DNA of 64,000 nucleotides, taken from positions 7,750,001-7,814,000 of the forward strand of contig OZ193909.1 of assembly GCA_964276515.1 (NCBI GenBank), written 5' to 3'. The position numbers and the translations under genes are program-made. Each line of letters begins with the position of its first letter. Position 1 is the stretch's first letter. Below the pieces are notes generated by a model. The model was not told the origin of the DNA. It searched no databases and saw only the letters and a list, made by a program, of their open reading frames with translations. The stretch comes from Gordius albopunctatus (Eukaryota). Positions 29,401 through 41,400 of this stretch are shown here, in pieces.

Positions 29401-32400
29401 CCTCAACTTTTATGGATTACAGAAAGATATTGTTATCGCATTATTTTTATAATCCCTTCCTAATTAATGAAATGGCGCTTTGTCATACGTGTTAATAATC
29501 ATCATATATATTCGTTGAATGAAGAAAATAAAGTGTTTTTGATAATAAAAATTAATCGATTCACATTTTCTCAATGTAATAGTGAATCGATGAATATTAA
29601 TATATTTTTAATCCTTTATACTTAAACAAATTTAAGTTATAACATATGTATTTCATGAAACTGGTGCAACGTTTATGAGTTTTACAATTAAGCCAAATAC
29701 ATTATTTTCGTAGTATTCCCAGCCTTGTGATCATTGGATATTTTTTCAATCGATTTTATCTTACATTAAATATCCATCCTTCATAGACCAGGGCCGTGGG
29801 CGTAAGCAGTATTAGAATTATAGGGGGCAATAATGATTTAGGGAGGAGTATAATGATATAATTTAAAAAAATTTTTGCCTCAATTTTGCATAAATTTCAA
29901 CAAATTTTTGGGTTTAGAGGGGGAAAGCCCCCCCCCCTTCGCTACGCACATGGCCAGTGCTCTTGGGTTAAGTAATTTAAAGGGGAGCCAGTCGGTCGAC
30001 TAATAAATAGGAGCATACCAAAAAGTTTTTCCTATCTCCTCGTATGCGCGTCCGAATGTTGCCACTTAACTTAAGTGGCAACATTCGGACGCGCATACTT
30101 TGTCAATATTAATTTTAGGTTTTGTGCAAGCAAGGTCCCTCCCTCGCTCCCTCTCACGTTTTGGTTGTTGTCCTTGATGATAGATAACGCTATCTTTCTC
30201 TTATTATTAACTTTTATGTCGCTGCATTCGAATGAAGTTGGTTTCGATTTAGCACAGTCCGCATTACCTTATTATTTAAAGGTTAATAGTTAGGCGTCTT
30301 ATTTTATCGTCACTGAGACAAACAATTAAAACCGCCCTTTCTAATGTTGTAATTAATTGTTATAAAACTTAATTTTTACACGATAACTATGAAACCTTAA
30401 ATCATTTCTTTTTCCTTGCTAGAGAGACCATGGACATAATTAACGCATTAACCCGTGCCCCGCGCTAGCCTTTAGCCCTCCCACCCCATTGCTTCAAGGC
30501 TTACGTCTCTATCTGTTTAATGTCCCTTAACGCGATCGATTATAGTAATTTGGCGAGGCTGGGCCAAGCAAAAGGACGATTTTTCGTTGCTAATGTATAC
30601 TAAGAAAAGGACTATACTGATGATACATTAATAAAAATTAGTCATTTCTAGGCTGCTCAAATCAAGGTAAATTGCTAGACTATCAAGCATGCCAAACGTA
30701 CATGTTTATATCAGCGATTGTAAAAATCACACCGTCCTAAAATATTTATTTAGTTTAAATCAAATTAAACCTATAAAATCACTGCTACATGACGGTATTT
30801 AGCTACAAAACTCAACGTTAATTGAGCGAATTGCATTACCACCCCTATATAGTAGCTTTTAGTTTTTGTATGCAAGAAATTTAGATAAAATTACTGTTTT
30901 ACCATTATTATTGTCCATTTTTACGCATGAACTACGTTTCTCGTTCTGTTATATTCGTGACTTGCATTGGTTTTACCTTATATTGAAAATCTTAGAGTTT
31001 TAATCGTTGAATTTGGAATATTTTAGGTATTTGGGCTCTTACTAAGAATTTACTCGAGCTTAGTCAGAGAGATTATATAGCGAAATTTTTCACAAATAGA
31101 ATATGGCAAAAATCCTTTCCTACATTTTTGATGGCTCTCATATTAACTTTGCCTTTAAAAATCATTTTACGCGCCCCTCAACCATAATTTTATTTCAAAT
31201 TTTGTTAAAACAACGAATTCAGTATATTTTATCATAAATTGTCACACAGCGTACAGCGGGCACACCCCAAACCTCGCCAATTAAAGGTTCTCCCGCCGTC
31301 TCACATTCGTCCCCAAGATCGACCACACCCGCAACAAGCAATGGGGGAGATCGGGCCGAGCTTAGACTATGCCAACTCGTGGAACGACCCGATTTCAACG
31401 GATACGGGTTTAATTTACACTACGAACAAGGGGCCCCCGACCCTTTGTGTACGCATTACATCGGCAAAGTGGACCCGGGTAGTCCAGCCCAAGCGGGTGG
31501 CTTGAGGCGAGGCGATGTTCTCGTTGAAATCAACGGTACCCCCGTGAGTCAACTAACTCACGACCAGGTTTGCATCCAATAGTCTTACTCATAAATGCTT
31601 CGATTTTAGCGCTTTTTCAGATTCACATCGCGCGAATTTATGTTTGTCTAAATATCCTATTCAATTTCATGGGTCAAACTCGGTTGTTGTAATTATTAAT
31701 ATTTTGTTTTTTGATAGTTAAAAACGTTTTTTTGTTTATTTCAACTCTTGAGATTAAATCTAAACTTTGCTGATACTTAAAAATTTAAAAACATACAACA
31801 TTCAAGCTTAGGAAAAATTTTGTATCTTACAAAATCGCTGTTATGTTATGCGTCGTCTCAAATGCAAATTTGCTGTGAATTCGAAGATAAGGCACGGCTA
31901 TGTTATAACGCGTAGGACAATTTTTGCTGCCCAGCAAAATCCGATATTAAGACAAGACCTTATATATAAAGTTTTTGAAGTTGGTTCTTTACGACGTTCA
32001 ATACCGTCCCATATATTTTGCCTCTCGCTTAGTAGATTGTGGTAAATCTTTATGACTTAATGCAATCGCTTCGCTTGGTTTTTTAGAGTTTTTATTAATA
32101 TTTGGCAAGAAATTTCTAAACTCTAATAAATGAGTTGATATTTATTAAAAGCATTACTTCTCGTATTTAATTATCTTTTGTGTAATTTTTATAATTGCGC
32201 AACAAAATAACGCCAGGTTTCAGAAGTCATTAATTTTTTAGAAGCATGGGTATCATCCCTCGTATTTTAACTACTCATTTTCGCATACGCCCACCGGGTT
32301 GATTAGAGTTTGCTTTTTACAAAGTCACGATTTAATTATTATCTCCGATATTTGGCATCTTTCGCGCTCAAACAATGTGTCAGCTCTCTTTGCATTGCGT

Positions 32401-35400
32401 GTTTGTAAACATGATTCAAGCTAATTGATCGCACTTTTGCCACCTTTAAATACATTTACATCGCATCCAATCTACCAAGATTGATCAGGTTTTATTTGTG
32501 GTTTTGATTTTACAATATCAAAGGATTTATTTAATATCGTCCCTCATCTTTCAACTAAATTTCGTGTTAATTTAAACCCTATTTAAGCTTGGCTTCCACT
32601 ATTGCGTTTAACTACTGAGCGTCGCATCAAAATAAAGTTTTAATTTAGACATACCTATTATGACAAATATCGATCGTTATTTGATACCTATTTTAGAATT
32701 TACAATACAAAAATTTTGCCCATTAAATTTATTGTATCAAATGAGATTTTAGAAATCCTTAATGTATTTGCGTGTTTGGATTCGCGTAATTTTACCTGAA
32801 ATGCGTCAGCTCCCTTTCAAACAACGTAAAAAATAAAAATGCAACTATATAAGCTTTCACCTCTTGCTTTTCACCGTTCATCGCTAGATGGTACTATCTC
32901 ACACTATTTAATAGGTTATCGAAGGTGGCAGCCTCTTCCAGTCAGCAAATAATTGTTTCACTACTTAAATTAGCCGGGGAAAGTTATTGAATGTTGTGGA
33001 TCGTACCTCACTCACACACAACACTTAATACCTACCTCCACCCACTGGCTTTAAGATTTTATATGTGTTGTTTATGTATGTCCCCGTGGATTAGTTCAGT
33101 GCAATTTACTGGTTCATAAGAAGCGAATAACTCATGAGGGATATGTTCTCACCCACCACGGCTTTTCCATATTCAATAAACCTCCTTAAGGCTCCTAGTG
33201 AGTGATTCACGTGGTTGTAAATAATGTACTTGGTGCGGAGTAAAAGAGAAGAGGTTAGGAAGCCGAAACACATTATGTTTGTGTAGCATGATGGTATCAA
33301 ATTACCTGAGACCTGACTCCACCAGCACGCATTAGCCCACTTCCCGCAAAGCGTTATTTAATGAGGGGATAATGCGATTTGAAAGGAAGACCTCACGCTA
33401 CTCCCTTAGTCTCCTCAGCAGCATCATTTATACAAAAGTCGACTAATTTTATAGGAAGTGTAGGTGCGTATCATCAATACCACTTTGTACTATACCTATC
33501 TATCTATTAATTGCTATGAAATTTATGGGCTCGTTTTTGGTTGTCCGTCCGTCCGTCCACCAAGTTATTTACACCAGCTTCCCGACCTGGAGGTTGCGGG
33601 TTCGAGACCCGGAGAGGACAATCTATCTATCTATCTAGTATACTACGTACAGTACAGAAGTGTGTAATAGAGTTAAACTTCCCCCAATATACATACATGT
33701 ATTGTATGTGTTTAATAAAGTTAAACTTCTCTATAATAACGCAACGCAATGTTATGATATAGTGTGGTGATATTCATTAATCCTATGCTCGGTGTATCAA
33801 AATGATAGGATTGTTGGTGACTTTGTGTGACAAAAACTAATCTTTCATTTTTAGCCAATTTGATGTTATCGTATAAAGGTTTACCCCGATTTAAACGTTC
33901 TCCCGGAGACTAATATATATGTCTCAAGAAAGATAGGTTTGTTTTTAAAGATTCTCATCACCTACTACATCCACAATGTTGCTACCGTTAATCTATGTAT
34001 GTTATGTAGTATGAACCCAATGCACACCTCGGCCACACGAATAAATTAAGTGATGTTGTTGTTAGTTTAACATGCTAGGTGTGTAGGTGTACTACTAGTT
34101 TAGGTTAGGTAAGGTTGCCCCCGCCTGCTTACAACAAAAACACGTTACTACTACGCTAGCTACGCACGCACGCACGCACGCATCATACCAATAATTCCTC
34201 TGCTGAGAAGGAGGAGCCATACCTAAAATTCCCCAGTAAAAACATTAATTTTGCTCTCTCTCTCTCTCTCTATTTCCCCATTAATGCTGCTAGCTCTAGT
34301 ATCATTCCTTCTTATCAATCACCTTAAGTGATGATTTAGTCGTTTATTATGTGCTTTACAGTTATATTATTATTCCCTACTTAGCTATAGTAGCACTCCC
34401 TCATCTCCATCACACGGGACTCTTGATATTTTATGTAAACATGAGCGGGCGACCTAGCATTACGCTTATTTATTATACTTGCGGCGACATGTGATTTAAA
34501 AAGAGTAGAGCTGGGCGTGTAGAAATCTCGTACCCTTCGTCGGTCTTACATTTTTTGCACCTCGGTTAATTAATTATATTGGTCAATATGACGTATAAGT
34601 TTTTTGAGTTTACACGGGTCAACAAAAAAATCAATTGGAAACCTGTTAACATATTATAGAGTTTTTTGTGTGGTGAACACTAATATGTTTTTCGTTTTTT
34701 CGGTCAGATTTTAATTGAGTCTTAAGTTGCGAAAATGAGCGTTTTGCCCCTTTTTTGGAGTTGTAGTATACGGAGAAAACAAATCGACAAAAATTTGGAA
34801 ATTATTGCTCGGTGGTAAAACATGTATGCATAAATAATTTTTCAGGCGGGTTAATTAGTTGTTTTTAAGTTATCTTAAAATTTCACTCCCTCCCTCCCTA
34901 TATTTAATATCACAAAATCGCCCCAGACTTAGGGTATCCCCCCTCCCTTTCCTATCCCATTGGTTTCTTGGCGCATCATATATAAGCCGTAGTTTTGTGC
35001 GCTACTACTACACAGTTACACCACACACTTCTCTTTTAAAACAAAATGCTCTGCTCGCCCTCCTAAAAGCTCTTTAATCAACAACTATCGACTTCTTTAT
35101 CATGTCATTAGATTAGGGATTTATAACCTACCTTTAACCCTCAGTCAAACGATTTGATCAATCTTTGGCAGACTATTTGTCTCTTCTATCAAGTTGAAAG
35201 TTGAAGCTTCATAGAAATTATTAATACTCCAATCTTTTGGCGGTTTTGTCAAAAATGTACCAAATTTATGAAACATGTTTTGAAAATAAGTGGGGATTGT
35301 TATATTCCTAACGCCTACTAATATATTTTTAGGTAATCAAGCGTTACTAACTTAATCGGTTAGTAGTTTAATGGTCGTGACTTAAAGAGAGCGTCTCTTA

Positions 35401-38400
35401 TATATGGGTCGAATGAAATTCAATCAATCACTCAATTTAATTTTTGTTTTTTTGACAACTCCTATAATGGAGAATCTGATTTTTGAATTAAAACTTTTTT
35501 AAAGTGGAAAGATGTGATTAAAAGTCAACTTTTGTTGCATAATCTTTTATGGATAAGAATGATTATAATAAATAAGCTTAAAACTCCGCAAAAAAAACGA
35601 TACCAATATTAGCTTCGATTTTTAAAATGAATTGCCTATACATTTCATTTATTTGTCTATACAATCGTTGGAGAAGTTATTAATAAATTTCTCATCATCT
35701 GATCACATATACCTTTATTTAATTTGAACGTTATATTTTAACGTGCTTGTTGGAGTGGCGAAGCGGTTCAAACTATCAATAATATGCATGATGTTCTCCA
35801 GGGCGGAGGGCATTAAAGTCCCGAAAAGTTAAAATGCCAGCCTATTTCACCCTAATTATCTTTTTTTAAATCTTAACCAGATTTGAAATGTTTTTGAATT
35901 ACCTTTGCGTTTCGGGCCAACCTTGCATAGAAGACAAATAAGTCATTTTTGGTCTCATTATTTATAATATTAATAGCCGAATTTAAATAAGGGGGGGGGG
36001 CGTCAATTGCGAATTTGATCATGACTTTGGAAAAATGGCATTTTTTAAAATCAAACTTAAATCTTATTTAATATACAATTATATTGTAGTTTAGGAGGCG
36101 AGAAGCTGCCCCTGCCTGGCTTCCCCCATGCATTTGTTGCGTGTCATTAATGTAACGTTTCTTCCCCTTTACATCCCTGTTTTAGGTGGTAGACGTGATT
36201 AAATCGGACCCGGATCGAGTGACTATGCTGGTAGCAGATCGAGAAGCGATGAACCTGTTTAAAATGATGAACACAATTCCTAGTGGGCATTGGGAAAATA
36301 TTGTCACCTCCCCGACCCCCCTAACTCCCAACCCCTCATCCCCATCTACCGCTGCCCATAGCACCCACAATTCCCCCTCACTATCCACGACCGCCCATGG
36401 GACCTCAAGATATATGGGCGACGCCCAGCCTTCGCCAACCAGCTCCAAATCGCCAGAGACTATCGTAAGTCTGCCCTTAATTTGGTACGCAATAACCCTC
36501 ATTTATAGGCATCACTTTGAAATTGTGTGATAATGTTCCATTCATTAAAATATTTGACACCCAATTCAAAACTCTTATCGATCTAGTCTTGCAGTGCTTT
36601 TGAATTTTGCTAAAGAGTATGACAAAGTAATATATGGAATTAATTTTATTTTGAGATATTCATCATTTAAAGTTTAAGTTAATTTTTAATATTAATCGAA
36701 CTATGATTGTAAAATATATGGGGTCCTCAGGTTAGAGCCCGGCAAGCGTTTTGAATTTTTTAGCCCGAATCTGACCCGACCCGAAAGCATTTTAAACCCG
36801 ACCCGACCCAAAAGTAATCATTGTAAAATTGATTTTAATGGTTTTGAGTGGCAACATAATATTATGTTCCAAAAAATAGCTTAAAACGTTATATGTCTGC
36901 TGTTATCATTTTCGAAGATATGGATATATAGAGTCAAATTAGTCTCCAATTAAAATAATGGCGCTTATTATATTTAATTGCTGCCCTCCTAAATGGGGTT
37001 ATTATTATATTCTTCAATTATTAACAAACCCGCAATTTACTAATTTTGCTAGATTAAAATGAGTCTCTCTGTAGTATCAATCATTTTGATTTTGCTAGAA
37101 AATGAAAGGAGAAAATTTTTATTTTTATATATGCGGAAACGATATGTAAGCTTTTTACGATTAGCCTGTGCCCACGGTGGTGGGTAACAAAGAACCCTGT
37201 TCCGATTTGCCGCTTGTCAAACTGTGCCATTTGAGTAAATCGCCCAACTTCGAAGGATACGGATTCAACTTGCACGCCGGTAAAAATGGGGTTGGTCATT
37301 ACATCGGGCACATAGATGCGGGGAGCCCGGCCGATGTAGCTGGGCTGGTGGATGGCGATCGCATCGTGGAAGCTAATGGGGAAAATGTTGAAAAAATGGA
37401 TCATAAATTGGTTAGTATACCGTGTTTGAATGCCGCACAATTTATAAGAAACGGCTTTGAAGGCCTAGGTTAGCTAGTTTTCACAGAAATTAGTGGGACT
37501 TTTTCGTTATTTATAAGGGCGCTACGAGATTCATTACTTTTTATTTATGAGAAAAACTATTTTTCCTTGAAATAACTTTTAATTGCGTGCAAATACTAAA
37601 TGTATAGGTCTTGAACTTAAGACGTATTAATTGCTATTTATCAGCTAAAATATAGTTTGTAAGACACCTATTTTTTATGATATTTAATAACACTGACTGA
37701 ACCTACCGACTTTTCGCGTAGGCGAGACCGCGGACTAAATAGCCATAAAAAATTAAATCGCGTTTTAGAAAATAACTATTTTTTCATTTTTATGTTTGAA
37801 CATATTTTTAAGGTCTATTTTTACTATATGAGCAAAATTAGGATTGAAAAAATTAATAATTCTCTTACAAATTAAAAAACCCAAATCCTAAAAATTTTAA
37901 AAAATGCACGGGGCTGGGATAGATTATCCCTTAAGTTTTCACTTCCTATTAGTGTTTGCTAACTAAAATCAATAAAAAGATTTTTTATTATAAAAAACAT
38001 AGAGAATGCGAATAATCCAAATAAAAAAGGGTAAAGATGACAGTCTGGTTTAAGTACCCATAAAAGACAAATTCTGCGATGGAAAAAACCTTAAATAGTC
38101 TATTAATATTCCAAAATACACTTAAGAAATTATTGTCATTTAACTTTATAAGGTAAAATACAAGGGTGTCGGTCGGGTCGGGTTGAAAATTTTGAAAAAA
38201 TGAGATTATATCGCAGATTAATGATTAAAATTTTTGACAAATCTCTATCGTGTGTGTATACAGGTAGTTCAAAAAATTCGTGCTGACCCGGACCAAGCGT
38301 CGTTGTTAGTGGTGGGCGAACGGGCTGACGAATGGTTCACCGCCCACCCTGGCGCCGGCCCCATCACACCCCGATGGGATAATTTAGAGGAATATCGGAC

Positions 38401-41400
38401 CCCGCTTCAGGTATCCGCCTCCTCCTTACCCCTGAAGTCGGCGTCGTCACGTGACCGGGACGGGGTTGGTATTGTGGTGCCTTTGAACGTGGCCGCCCAA
38501 AGAACGCCAGATTGGAAACGGGGGTCTGGGGCTGGGCGCGCTGCGACAACCCTTGAAGAGCAGACTAGGGACGGGGTGGAACGGCTACCCATAGGATCTG
38601 GTGGGCGATACACGGGCGGGACCGAAGATGTGGCACCTACCCTCGAGTCCTCAGCCCTGGGGGGTGCCGGAGTCTTGACCTATGATACCTTCGCCGATCG
38701 CAAAGCCCGAGAAGTATAAGGAACAAAAATTCTCAACTTAACTGATATTGTTTAGTGTATCTGACTTTTTAATATCAAATTTATACGCAATTTTTTGTCC
38801 AACTTTGCGATTTCACTTCATGGATTTTACTCGGATTATAAAAACAATTTTTTCTAGATCTCCAACCAAAAATAACAAAATTTATGCTTAAGCTAAGTTT
38901 GACATCATATAGATCTATCCCATGTTAAGCGTCGAAGATATAAATATGCTCTGAATCCTAAGCTAAGTCACAAACTGACCTTGACCGCTAGACATAATGA
39001 TATAATGAAGCACGCTAATTTTTTGTTGTGAATCGAAATTTGATATCAAAACAAAACCCAGACCTTTTAACATGAGGGTAATGTTAAAGGAACTTGCTGG
39101 TCTCTGAAGGTTTTCCGGCTTCTGCCAGTGTATGGTATGATGTGTTAATTGCTATATTTGTCCTGTTTATAAGATAAGGAAGCACTGCTATCCTATTAAA
39201 ATTAGCTAGTTTTTTTTTTATAAATATAAGGTTTTCTACCTCGGACTCGGACCCATTAACAAAATTAACTTCAATTTACCCATATTCCTTTCATTCTCTT
39301 CAACGTTAAAACTTTCTAAATTTAATTAGTATTAAAGTTATGCCTCTAAGAATTATAGATGATGTAAATGGAAAAGTTTGAATTAAATTTTTAAAATTTT
39401 TTGCAACCCGTATCATTACCTTAAAATAACGCTCAGGTTTAAGGCTAAAAAATGCATTTGATAGTGCATATCTTACCTGTAACTATAGTACGTCTGCTTC
39501 AAATCTCGGTGAAAATTTGACCTGTAAAAGATATATTTTATACCTCTTATGACCTTCAGCTTTAAATATTTGATTTTTTCACATATTTTTAAATAAATAT
39601 GTAATTATTTACAGAATTATTGATAGAGATAAAATTTTTGTGAGACACATACTTCGTTAAGATTAATTCTTAAGGTTCTACAAATTATATTTTTAATGAT
39701 TAATTTTTTAACTTCTTAAAAAATCATTAATTTAATAACTAGCTTAAAAGGAGAAATTTGAAATAAGCTTATGTTTTTAATAACCTTCATTTTTGGTCAA
39801 TATTAATTTTTATGGCATCTAAACGAGATTAGCTCTTGGTATCCACTTTAATTTTTGTTTAGTTTTTATCTTCAAACATTGAGTAGAATTAATCAAAAGT
39901 GAATTTCGTTTAGATACGTTTTTATAATTCCCGCCAAAGTTACAATGAGTTTTTTTTGTTGGCATTATGTAAAAATTAACAATTTTCTTATTTTTAATAT
40001 CCTGTTACGTCATTCTTTAATTGACCATTTGGAAGGCAGTAGGTATCCTTAACTCGTGGCATTTGTCATGCCACGATTGGGTATGGTTTATTTCAATAGT
40101 ATCCTATGCTTTCTGTCACCAACTTAAATGCTGGTTATTATATCGATTTTGTCAAACTTGCACCAATTTTGGCACCAAACAATTTTTCCACTTTTACACA
40201 AGCGTAGAGGTTGCACCTTAAGCAATGCATGCAATGTTTCCCATCCTATAACTTCAACCAAAATGTGATTCCTTCCTCCTCTAAGATGAATTAAATATTT
40301 TATATAGTTTTGGTCACGTGAAAGTAATGGTCAAATTTTCTGAGGGCTGAGCTCGACATATACTTTTGGGCAGCGGTTACTACCTCCCAAGTTTATAAGA
40401 GATCATTCTCACTTATAAACGGTTGGCATGGTTTATTCGAAAACCGAATAAACTTTTTTTACCTTTGCTGCGTTAACTTGACTCCGCCCATTGCCTTAGG
40501 GCTTTTATTGCTAAATTAACGACTTAAAGTCATTTGTAATTTAGGCAATACTTGTGTGACAAAGTTTACATTGACTACAGATATAATTCATTAAGGTATA
40601 GTGACTTGCAGATTACCAAAATACCCAATATATATTAATTTTCCGGCTCATTAATTTAATTCGTTAGGGGAGTGAAAACAACATAAACATCAACAACCCG
40701 AAATCATAAATGGCTTTGTCTAAAACTCAAGAGGCCAGTTGTTTCGATATCAAAGCCATTGCCTATTATATCATAGTTTTTTGTCTCACACCGGGCTCTA
40801 CTGGTCTCTGCCTTAATTATATCATAAATAATGGGGAAAAATTGGCAGTTCCCCCCCCCCTTCCTTGAGAAAATTATGGCTACGCTCCTGTTAAAAATGA
40901 ACACCCAAACTGACCCAGACCCATTTTTGAGTAAAGATATATTGACGTTTTCGTCTAGACTCTAACTCCTCCACACTAATGGAAACGATCGATAGCTGTG
41001 TTTAAGTGTATCTTTGTTTAAATTAAAATGTCTAGTAGCATATAAATCTCAAAATTGAAATGAATTATTTTCGAAAATACTTCATCATTATTTGCCGCAT
41101 ATATCTTTTTAGCCTTGGTCTCGACCGGAACCCTAACTAAAGTAACGATTGTGTCGTTTTCAACTATTTTTACGTCCATTGTCAAGTTCTTTCGGTACCT
41201 GGAGCTTGCTTTAATGCATCTTTCACCTAGATTCAATGTGTTTTATGTTACGCTTTTTATGGCCAAAGGCTAATCAATATAAATCTCGGGGCTGGTTTGG
41301 CTAAGGTATAATCAATGTCAAGTGCTGCTCGTTATTTTAATATTATATTTCACCTTCTCACCTCATAAACCACCTCCCCCCCCCCCCGCATATTTATTTC

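Noticed and set aside
33576..33620. tRNA gene
   Set aside because: Only a T-arm is present; no D-arm or acceptor stem.
34099..34115. TTAGG telomere-like repeat
   Set aside because: Only 2-3 units; compatible with chance.
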